Source: Terriglobia bacterium (GTDB taxonomy: Bacteria; Acidobacteriota; Terriglobia; Bryobacterales; Bryobacteraceae). Taken from it: a DNA stretch of 24,000 nucleotides. The position numbers were made by a program, and so were the translations under genes. Positions 1 through 7,500 of the stretch are shown here, in pieces. How positions within the stretch are numbered: the stretch's first letter is position 1; every line of letters starts with the position of its first letter. The DNA lies in contig CAVXKV010000002.1 in the NCBI GenBank assembly GCA_963762455.1, forward strand, positions 1,902 to 25,901, given 5' to 3'. The notes beneath the pieces are model-generated. The model did not search any database. It saw only the letters and a program-made list of their open reading frames with translations, and was not told the DNA's origin.

Positions 1-323
1 GCAACCGGAGCTACGAAACGATAGCCCGATTTAGGAATCGTTTCGATATAGCGCTTGCCTTCCGACTCTCCAAAAGCCTTGCGTAGCGCCGAAACAGCCA
101 CCGTGAGATTGTTCTCCTCGACCGTGGCATCGGGCCAAACGGCGGTCAGCAAATCGTCCTTGCGGAGCAACCGTCCTTCGTTTTCCACCAGGAACAAGAG
201 CAGGTCAAAAGTCTTTGGGGCCAAGGCAACAGCTGTCTCTCCCCGGAAAAGCCTGCGCTCGGAGGCATCGAGCCGAAAGTCTCCGAAAGTATACAGGTTG
301 CTGAGTTCGGGAGACTTAGACAT
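1..323 (-). CDS. OmpR/PhoB-type winged-helix (Trans_reg_C, CadC-like) transcriptional regulator, N-terminal part; the gene continues beyond the left edge
   Basis: Absent from the ORF track because no stop lies in the window. The reverse complement from ATG 323..321 reads MSKSPELSNLYTFGDFRLDASERRLFRGETAVALAPKTFDLLLFLVENEGRLLRKDDLLTAVWPDATVEENNLTVAVSALRKAFGESEGKRYIETIPKSGYRFVAPV. This is the classic wHTH effector-domain pattern (F..F.LD...L......L..KTF.LL..L.......L.....W......NL.V.....R......IET....GYRF). The + ORF 55..339 is its low-complexity shadow. Confidence 0.85.
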   Translation of the reverse strand, partial: MSKSPELSNLYTFGDFRLDASERRLFRGETAVALAPKTFDLLLFLVENEGRLLRKDDLLTAVWPDATVEENNLTVAVSALRKAFGESEGKRYIETIPKSGYRFVAPV

Positions 324-549
324 AATCCTGGAACGCTAGGAAAGAATTAAGAAAATCTTTAGGGCAATCAAATGACTCTTCTGCCCAGACTCCGTAAGTT
401 GGTCACACAGCCTATCAAGACAGGTAGAGCCGCCCAGATCCGCCACCTAATTCTAATGGTTTGCCTTTGTGGCCGCACGCTGGCGAAGGAACCTTTTGGC
501 GACTGATCTAGGTCGTCGCCCGATTGAAGGCTGCGAACTCTAAGGAGAA

Positions 550-1230
550 ATGAAGATGAATTGCTTAGTGAATTTCCGGAAGTCAGTGGCCCTGATTGCC
601 GGTTTGTCAGCGCAAGCGGTCGTCTGCGGACTGGTGTTTACGCCAGCGGCAGCTTTTGCGCAGAATAAAGTGGACGAGGTGAGTTTCAAACTCACCCCCA
701 ATCCAAAATTTGTGGATTGTTTACGCCGATCGCCATGGGAGGAACCGACGGCGCGAGCGACGGTTGTTCGCGGCAAACTGAATGACACGCTAATCTTGGA
801 CCTCGACGGGATCAAGCCAGGGTTAGCATTTGACCTGTTCACGGTAGAACGCAGTCAGTTGTTGGCGGGCGGTGACCCCGATTCGAAGTTTAAGAATTTT
901 GGACTTGCCTGGTACCAGTCTGATATCGAGATCGGTAAACGAACTGACGACGGCCGAGTCCGAATCAAGACCATTCTGCTTGACCAGATTTTCGGATTTG
1001 ATCCGGATGTCGCGCTAAAACCCACCAACACGTTTCACGTTGGCTTCTGGTTCAACAATCCCGAAGACGCCGCCGCCTGCGGCTTTGACGCGAGTAAGCC
1101 CACGCCATTCAACGGCGAGCATAAAGCCGGACCGATGGCCATGATCAGTGTCCCCGATGCCACAACCGGCCTGGGTCCCCTTTGTACGGATCCAGACCTA
1201 TCGACATCCCCGGCTAGCTGCCATCCATAA
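550..1230 (+). CDS. Secreted protein of unknown function
   Basis: 226-aa ORF with a signal-peptide-like N-terminus (KSVALIAGLSAQAVVCGLVFTPAAAFAQ). GGAG at 544..547 lies only 2 nt from ATG 550 but 8 nt from ATG 556, so 556 may be the true start. I recognise no family. Confidence 0.6.
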   Translation: MKMNCLVNFRKSVALIAGLSAQAVVCGLVFTPAAAFAQNKVDEVSFKLTPNPKFVDCLRRSPWEEPTARATVVRGKLNDTLILDLDGIKPGLAFDLFTVERSQLLAGGDPDSKFKNFGLAWYQSDIEIGKRTDDGRVRIKTILLDQIFGFDPDVALKPTNTFHVGFWFNNPEDAAACGFDASKPTPFNGEHKAGPMAMISVPDATTGLGPLCTDPDLSTSPASCHP

Positions 1231-1401
1231 CAACCACTGTGGGAGGCGGCCGAAAGGCGCTAGACCAGCGTCTTTCGCGCCTCGACAGCAACCGGCGATG
1301 AGCCGCTCTCCACAGAGCGGGTTCTAGCAAAAGCGGACACCCGCAGACGTCGTCGGCAATTACGTATAGAAGATCAATCCCAATTCGCAGAAGGAGTTCC
1401 A

Positions 1402-2034
1402 ATGAGTACGCAGGTTTCCACTATCAACATGAGAGTCAGACGATTCGCGATGCAATTGCAGTATTCCATCATCGCTCTCGTTTTCATGTGCGTTTGCTCT
1501 TCTCGCGCCCTGGCGCAAGATGACCATTCGCACACACCAACAGCAGAACAACACGACATGACGCCGGAGCAGAGGGGCAAAGCGGGCGCCCTTATCAGAA
1601 TCGTCCGGGAATCGACCGAGCGCTTCAAGGATGTGGCGGCGGCCGAGGCGGAGGGGTATGCCCTTCAATTCGGGTGCGTCACAGGTCCCGATGCAGGCGC
1701 AATGGGTCTGCACTATGTCAACTCAGACCTGGTGAACAAGGGTCTGCTGGACGCCACTCGCCCCCAGATCGTGATCTACGAGCCGACGGCAGGCGGCGGC
1801 CTAAAGTTGATCGGCGCCGATTATCTGCTCATCGCCGCTGCCTGGGATGCGAAGCACAAGACACCCCCAGAGCTTATGGGGCAGCTTTTTCATTACTGGG
1901 AAAGCCCCAATCGCTTCGGCCTCCCGGCATTCTACACGCTACATGTCTGGGCGTGGAAGGATAATCCCAACGGCGCGTTCGTAAACTGGCATCCACACGT
2001 GTCGTGTCAGTCGTTCGCAGGCCAAAACCGATGA
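1402..2034 (+). CDS. Secreted protein of unknown function (His-rich mature N-terminus)
   Basis: 210-aa ORF. AAGGAG lies 6 nt upstream of ATG 1402. A hydrophobic signal segment ends in ALAQ and is followed by DDHSHTPTAEQHD. I recognise no family. Confidence 0.6.
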   Translation: MSTQVSTINMRVRRFAMQLQYSIIALVFMCVCSSRALAQDDHSHTPTAEQHDMTPEQRGKAGALIRIVRESTERFKDVAAAEAEGYALQFGCVTGPDAGAMGLHYVNSDLVNKGLLDATRPQIVIYEPTAGGGLKLIGADYLLIAAAWDAKHKTPPELMGQLFHYWESPNRFGLPAFYTLHVWAWKDNPNGAFVNWHPHVSCQSFAGQNR

Positions 2035-2066
2035 ATCGGGACGATGGTCAAAAGGAAACAAATCCA

Positions 2067-3140
2067 ATGAGTACAGCACAGACTCCCACTCTTGACATGA
2101 ACAAATTGAACGCCTTCATCGGCCAATTCGTAACCGATCTCGGCGCCGCAGTTCATGCCGGCATGGTCGTAATCGGGGAGAAGTTGGGGCTCTATAAGGC
2201 CCTCGCAGGCGACCCAATGACTTCCGCACAACTTGCTGCCAAGACGAACACCGATGAGCGCTATGTACGCGAGTGGCTGGCTTCACAAGCGGCGGGAGGA
2301 TACGTCACCTACGATGCGCAGAACGAAAAGTTCAGCTTGACCGAAGAACAGGCGTTTACCCTGGCAGACGAAGACAGTCCCGCCTATCTGCCCGGAGCAT
2401 TCGAACTCGCTCTGGGCGTGCTCGCGGCGGTTCCGCGGATTGCCGAGTCCTTTCGAAGCGGCGCTGGCATGGGGTGGCACGAACATGTGGACGGTGTCTT
2501 TCACGGATGTGAAAGGTTCTTCCGCCCCGGCTACGCCGCAAATCTCGTGAGTTCATGGATTCCCGCCTTGAGCGACGTCAAAGAGAAGCTCGAGGCAGGG
2601 GCGCGAGTGGCCGACGTTGGCTGCGGAAAAGGGGCTTCCACCTTATTGATGGCAAAAGCGTTTCCCAACTCTCGATTTTTCGGGTTCGATTACCACGACA
2701 AGTCGATTGAAGCAGCACGCGAATCCGCCGAGCGTAACGGCATCGCTGACCGCGTGACGTTCGAGGTGTCAAAGGCAAAAGATTTTCCTGGCAAAGACTA
2801 CGACCTGATCGCGGTCTTTGACAGCTTACATGACCTGGGCGACCCGATCGGCGCGGCTGCGCACGTCCGGCAGTCCTTGGCGAAGGACGGCACGTGGTTG
2901 ATTGTCGAACCTTTTGCCAATGACCGCTTAAAGGACAATCTGAACCCTTTGGGGCGAATGTATTATTCTTTTTCAACGTTGTTGTGTACGCCCTGCTCAC
3001 GATCGCAGGATGTCGGACTGTGCTTAGGCGCCCAAGCCGGAGAAACGCGCATTCGGGAGGTTGTGAACTCCGCCGGGTTCACTCGTTTCCGCCGTGCTAC
3101 AGAGACACCTTTCAACATCGTTTATGAAGCTCGGCCCTGA
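2067..3140 (+). CDS. Class I SAM-dependent methyltransferase with an N-terminal winged-helix/dimerisation region
   Basis: The track ORF 2004..3140 overlaps the previous gene. ATG 2067 (MSTAQTPTLD) follows AGGA at 2053..2056. The SAM-binding motif I is VADVGCGKGASTLLMAKAF, followed by FGFDYHDKSIEAARE (acidic loop) and LIAVFDSLHDLGDP (motif IV region). The N-terminal LGLYKALAG..MTSAQLAAKT..DERYVREWL resembles the wHTH of Rv2258c-type methyltransferases, from memory. Confidence 0.85.
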   Translation: MSTAQTPTLDMNKLNAFIGQFVTDLGAAVHAGMVVIGEKLGLYKALAGDPMTSAQLAAKTNTDERYVREWLASQAAGGYVTYDAQNEKFSLTEEQAFTLADEDSPAYLPGAFELALGVLAAVPRIAESFRSGAGMGWHEHVDGVFHGCERFFRPGYAANLVSSWIPALSDVKEKLEAGARVADVGCGKGASTLLMAKAFPNSRFFGFDYHDKSIEAARESAERNGIADRVTFEVSKAKDFPGKDYDLIAVFDSLHDLGDPIGAAAHVRQSLAKDGTWLIVEPFANDRLKDNLNPLGRMYYSFSTLLCTPCSRSQDVGLCLGAQAGETRIREVVNSAGFTRFRRATETPFNIVYEARP

Positions 3141-3141
3141 T

Positions 3142-3414
3142 ATGTCAGGACCAACGCTGGAGGCGTGGCACGCTACGCCGAGCGTTGAGCTGGGTGCTCG
3201 CGGAATTCCATCTGAACCAGTGCGAACTGCGGGCGCTCACAATGCGGCCGGTCTGGGCGTCTGCGATGAAGACATGGTAATTGATCTCTCGCCGATCAAT
3301 TCGGCTTCCAGTGATCCAGAATTCGACTTCCTGGACGAAAGGGGTGATAGCCAATTTGCCGAGTGGCTGGAACAGAGTTTGTTGCGCCTCAAAGCCGTCC
3401 AAGGCCGTCCGTAG
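3142..3414 (+). CDS. Small acidic hypothetical protein (uncertain)
   Basis: ATG 3142 lies 1 nt after the methyltransferase stop (TGA 3138..3140), which suggests translational coupling. The 90-aa product has an acidic C-terminal half (DPEFDFLDERGDSQFAEWLEQ). A competing antisense ORF (3145..3402) covers the same DNA. I recognise no family for either. Confidence 0.3.
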   Translation: MSGPTLEAWHATPSVELGARGIPSEPVRTAGAHNAAGLGVCDEDMVIDLSPINSASSDPEFDFLDERGDSQFAEWLEQSLLRLKAVQGRP

Positions 3415-3546
3415 TCAACTCTGAATTCTTTTTGCTGACTCGCCTCAGCGATTACTGACTGCTTATTTTGCTTTTGGCCAGTAGCTTCTCAAAAGCCTGG
3501 CCAGAACCCTAAAAAACAAACACTTACACCAACAGGAGAAAAACTT

Positions 3547-4482
3547 GTGATGTTATCCACACCAAATGCAACAAGACGGCGCCTTTGCACGCTGTCAACT
3601 CTGACCCTTTTGTGCGCGTTTGTGAACTTACCAGCCCCAGCAGCCTCTTTTGCTTTCAGCACGGGTGCCCCGGACGGTAAGATTGCAACGCTTTCACGTC
3701 CAGTTAACGGCTCTGCTACTCAGACCGAGACAGCCGACGATTTCCTTCTCAGCCAGTTGACGTCGCTCCAAAGCGCGACCTTCACTGGCCTACTCCCATC
3801 GGGATCACCAGTGAGCAGTATCAGCCAGGTCGAGATCGAGTTCTATCATGTCTTCCCGGCCGACTCCGCGAACCCACCCTCCGGGAATGTACCCGCACGG
3901 AAGAACTCGCCAGCTGATGCTGAAATAGCTTCGGCAACCAGAGACAGTCTCGCGGGTACACTGAGTTTCACGGGGACGGTTCTGAATCCAAGTTTCACGG
4001 TGGCCAATACCGTTGTGAGCGGGATCAACAAAGCTCCTGGTCAATTCACCGGCGGCGAAGGACCCGCAACGGGGGAAGAAATCCAGATCAACGTGAGTTT
4101 CAACACTCCTGTACTCCTTCCTGGCGACCACTACTTCTTCCGCCCGGAATTGCTTTCGAGCAACGGAGATTTCCTGTATCTTTCGGCGCCGAAGTTCAGT
4201 GCCGCAACAGACCTTCAAAGCTGGATACGAAATGACAATCTTGCGCCCGATTGGCTGCGAATTGGGACCGACATCACCCATCAGGGCCCGTTCAACGCAG
4301 CGTTCTCCTTGAGCGGAAACACCGTCCCGGAGCCGGGCAGCCTGGCACTATTGGGAATCGGCTTCGGAGGGATGCTGATGCTCGGTTTCCGCCGGCTGTC
4401 TAAAAAACTTAAGGGGCAAACAATCGGCTATGCCAATTCAAGCGAGACGATCTATAAGGCTTCCGTTGCTAGGAATGTATGA
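3547..4482 (+). CDS. PEP-CTERM sorting-domain protein (exosortase substrate)
   Basis: Signal peptide (TLSTLTLLCAFVNLPAPAASFA) with GGAG at 3535..3538. The C-terminal motif is VPEPGSLALLGIGFGGMLMLGFRR: PEP at 4327..4335, then a hydrophobic helix, then a basic cluster. Confidence 0.85.
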   Translation: MMLSTPNATRRRLCTLSTLTLLCAFVNLPAPAASFAFSTGAPDGKIATLSRPVNGSATQTETADDFLLSQLTSLQSATFTGLLPSGSPVSSISQVEIEFYHVFPADSANPPSGNVPARKNSPADAEIASATRDSLAGTLSFTGTVLNPSFTVANTVVSGINKAPGQFTGGEGPATGEEIQINVSFNTPVLLPGDHYFFRPELLSSNGDFLYLSAPKFSAATDLQSWIRNDNLAPDWLRIGTDITHQGPFNAAFSLSGNTVPEPGSLALLGIGFGGMLMLGFRRLSKKLKGQTIGYANSSETIYKASVARNV

Positions 4483-4993
4483 AAGCGGAAACGGCTCTGA
4501 ACGATAGGGAATTACACGGCGACGCCGAACAACTTGCGGCTGAACTTTGCCTGTCCGACCGGTGATGTCGTCGTGCATTGGCAGCTCTTGAACTCGAGCG
4601 TGTTCACCGCGGCCGCCTGCTCCGCCTAACGCTATTCTGGCTCGTTCTCTAGAGCTACGACGGCCTTCGCCGTACGCTTACGGAACAAACTCATGTTCAT
4701 GGCTTTGAGCGCAGACTCCAGAACTGCGGAAAAGATCTCAGCCCTTCACCGAAATGACTCGTTTGGTAAGTCTGCCCCACAAATGTGATCGCCAATATCG
4801 CACTATTCGCCATCGCTCGCCATCTCGGCCGAGGTCAGATTCCTCTTTCTGAGAACGATGAAGCGTCAGGGCTCTTCGTAATCTCGGACGGAGAGCTTCG
4901 ATCAGTTCGGCAGAACCTTGAAGGTAGAAACAGGTTTTGTCCACGGAACGGCGAGGAGCCGTGTTGGCCGCTGTACCCGCAGCTGATCGCCAA

Positions 4994-5030
4994 CCGGTGT
5001 TTCTTAAACCAGGGGATGCTGTTGAAAAAC
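4994..5030. repeat. Left-type arm of the GATGCTGTTGAAAAAC repeat family
   Basis: Perfect 16-mer GATGCTGTTGAAAAAC at 5015..5030. It is preceded by cggtgtttcttaaaccagg, which is similar to the sequence before the 16-mers at 9589 and 11356. Confidence 0.8.
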
Positions 5031-5158
5031 CAACTCTGCCGAAGTGATTCGAAGCCCTCTCTTTCTGTTCGATGGCTGCAGTAGCAGGGCTCCGGCCCTG
5101 TTTCAGGCCATCTCTGCTTTTGGCTCTTTATTTTGCTTCAGGAACTTGATTAATCGTT

Positions 5159-6518
5159 TTACATTTTGACCGTTGCCGCTAAGAAGAACTGCTCTTTAAC
5201 GTGCCGGAGACCGCGCAACCGTACCCTTTGGAGACGGATTCGGTTACGCAGCTCCGAGAAGAGCGCCTCTATCTTATTTCGAGCGCGCCGTGCCACGGCG
5301 AACTCTGGGGTTTGGCTGAGGTTTCTGACATGCTCGCGCACATCCTCGTACCAATTGATCTTCAGCGTACGCTGAGGCGCCGGAGTGCACGCCGACTTGT
5401 GTGAACAGTTGCTGCACTGCGATGGCTTGGCGCTAAACACAAAGCCTTGCGAGCCTCTACTCATTCCTGAATAGCGGAGCAACTCGCCTGCCGGGCAGCG
5501 GTACGCCTTCTCTTCCGGCACCGGAGTGAACTCATGCTGGGTATAGTAGCCATTCGTTTGTTGTTTCCGATCCAACACCGGGATATAGGGTGCAATCTGG
5601 CGGTCGGAGAGCCAGGACAGAAACTCGCCGGTACCATAGCTCTTGTCGGCAGTCACGCTGATTGGTTCGAGCCCAAACCGTTCCTTTGCTCTTTCTAACA
5701 TCTGGCGGGCAGCAACGATCTCTTGGCTAAGTCGCGCCGGGGTTGCGATGACGCCCATGATGATGCGGCTGCGATTGTCTATCAGATAGTTGTCGTAGTA
5801 AGCGAACTCCGAAGCTCCTCGCTTGCTGGACAAGGCTGCATCTGGGTCGGTAATTGAGATCTTGAGCGGTGGCGAATTGCGATATCTACGCCAAAGTCTA
5901 GGCTCTTCGTTCTCTTCTGCAGCAGTCGCTTCAGGTGTCTGCTCCGACTCCTCTGCCACAACATTCTCGCGCTCGATCTGCTCTACGTACTCGCGGACCG
6001 TGCGATTGACCTTAGCGACCTCTCCCAGTTGATCGCGAGAGATTGCCCGGTTGGAACTCGCATCTGCACGGATCTGCGTACTGTCTACAGACAAGGCAAC
6101 GCCCTGCAAGAGCCCCACTTGCATACACTGTTGAACGACCCGCTCGAAGAGATCGAGGAAGAGCGGCGACTCCTGAAAACGGCCATGCCGATTTCTTGGA
6201 AAACGTGGAGTGATGAGGAATCTCTTGATCGAAGCTCAGGCCGGTAAACCAGCGATAACCCAAGTGCATCCCAACATCCTCGACCAAGCGGCGCTCACTG
6301 GTGATCCCGTATAGATATCCAATCAACAGAATGCGCAGCAAGACTTCTGGGTCGATCGAAGGCCGCCCTGTGTGGCTGTAACTCGCCTTCAGGGTCTCGC
6401 GCACGAAAGCGAAGTCAACGTGCCTATCGACAAGCCGTAGCAGATGATCTTCGGGGATATGGTCCTCAATTCGGAAGTAATAAAACAGCGACTCCGAACG
6501 AGTTTGTTGGCCCATCAT
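5159..6518 (-). mobile_element. IS5/IS1182-group DDE transposase gene, interrupted by a single-base frameshift
   Basis: Two overlapping minus ORFs (6012..6560 and 5159..6124). The N-terminus MMGQQTRSESLFYYFRIEDHIPEDHLLRLVDRHVDFAFVRETLKASYSHTGRPSIDPEVLLRILLIGYLYGITSERRLVEDVGMHLGYRWFTGLSFDQEIPHHSTFSK is the InsH/DUF772-type transposase N-domain. The C-terminus carries the DDE region (VTADKSYGTGEFLSWL...) and the terminal KIEALFSELRNRIRLQRVRLRGLRHVKEQFFLAATV. Reading AAG AAT CGG instead of the observed AAG AAA TCG G (plus strand 6188..6197) restores FSKNRHGRFQESPLFLDLFERVVQQCMQVGLLQG. IS ends were not determined. Confidence 0.85.
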
Positions 6519-6675
6519 GACGAGTAGTAAGCCTCCGTAAATATCGGTCCAAAACAACATCGAGAAGACGCTTTTGGATCATCGTAGGTCACCAAACATT
6601 TAACTATCTTTTTGTTGTTTTCGCTCTGGCTAATGAGCTCTGCATCGAGCGAGTGATAATTAACCCGGTACAAAT

Positions 6676-7353
6676 ATGAGCATCTTTTGTCTGGTGCACG
6701 GGTCAGCTCAAAGCCCCGAGGGTTGGGATTTGCTTGTTGCTGAGCTACAGGCGTTAGGGCACCGCTGCATATGTGTAGACCTGCCGGTCGATCGCCCTGA
6801 AGCAAGCGCCACCGAGTACGCGGCGGTGATCGGCGCCGCAATCGATGGTGCAGATATGCCAATCGTGGTCGCTCACTCTGCCAGCGGGCTGTTCCTGCCG
6901 CTTGTTCCGGATTATGCGCCAGTTGCCAGGCTGGTGTATCTGGCGTCCGTGATTCCATTACCTGGCGAAAGCTTCATTTCGCAAGTTCAGAACGATCCTG
7001 CGATGTATAGGCCGGATTTCTTGCGAGTCAGACCACCGATCGACGCTGCAGTGGCACAGCACTACTTGTTCCACGATTGCGCTCCGGACATAATTCCATG
7101 GGCAGTTTCCACACTCCGAATGATGTACGCCAAGCAGGCCATTATTGAAAAGTCTCCATTAACTAAATGGCCGCAGTTGCCTTCGTCATACATATCCTGC
7201 ACCGAGGATCGAACCATCAACCCAGATTGGTGGGAGAGGGCTGCTCGCGAGAGGCTTCGCACAGAGCCGATACGCATCGATGCCGGCCATGCCCCATTCG
7301 TATCGCGCTCCAAAGAGCTGGCGGAAGCCCTGGCTTCGCTTTCGAACACCTAA
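6676..7353 (+). CDS. Alpha/beta hydrolase (small AB_hydrolase_6-like esterase)
   Basis: 225-aa ORF. It starts CLVHGSAQSPEGWDLLVAELQALGHRCICVDLP, has the nucleophile elbow VVAHSASGLF, and has a C-terminal catalytic His context IDAGHAPFVS. Confidence 0.8.
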   Translation: MSIFCLVHGSAQSPEGWDLLVAELQALGHRCICVDLPVDRPEASATEYAAVIGAAIDGADMPIVVAHSASGLFLPLVPDYAPVARLVYLASVIPLPGESFISQVQNDPAMYRPDFLRVRPPIDAAVAQHYLFHDCAPDIIPWAVSTLRMMYAKQAIIEKSPLTKWPQLPSSYISCTEDRTINPDWWERAARERLRTEPIRIDAGHAPFVSRSKELAEALASLSNT

Positions 7354-7373
7354 AAGGCACACTATCCAAAAGA

Positions 7374-7408
7374 GTTTTTCAACAGCATCGAAGGTTTAGG
7401 CACGATCG
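7374..7408. repeat. Right-type arm of the same repeat family
   Basis: Perfect GTTTTTCAACAGCATC at 7374..7389, followed by gaaggtttaggca. The copy at 9731..9746 is followed by the near-identical gaaggtttatgca. The arm sits 20 nt after the hydrolase stop, between two convergent genes. Confidence 0.8.
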
Positions 7409-7500
7409 AACTTGACTGATCAACATTTGGTTTGCTCTTAAGGCAGAAGAGTAACGTACCGATCCATTCGACAGCGATCGCAATGATCGTTCCGGGTCAG

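Noticed and set aside
55-339. 94-aa + strand ORF
   Set aside because: It is a Ser/Arg/Lys-rich low-complexity product that lies exactly antisense to a clear wHTH regulator reading frame.
3145-3402. 85-aa minus-strand ORF (TTG start) after the methyltransferase
   Set aside because: It has no recognisable motif and no SD. It competes with a + strand ORF whose ATG lies 1 nt after the upstream stop. Neither is strong; I kept only the + ORF, at low confidence.
3464-5135. Shared TTATTTTGCTT and TGCTTTTGGC words near 3464 and 5108
   Set aside because: By my rough estimate, 10-11-mer matches are expected many times by chance in 24 kb, and there is no extended alignment.
4994-7408. The arms considered as integron attC sites or gene-cassette boundaries
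   Set aside because: There is no GTTRRRY/RYYYAAC core pair at the junctions, no intI integrase or attI in the window, and the supposed cassettes contain transposases.
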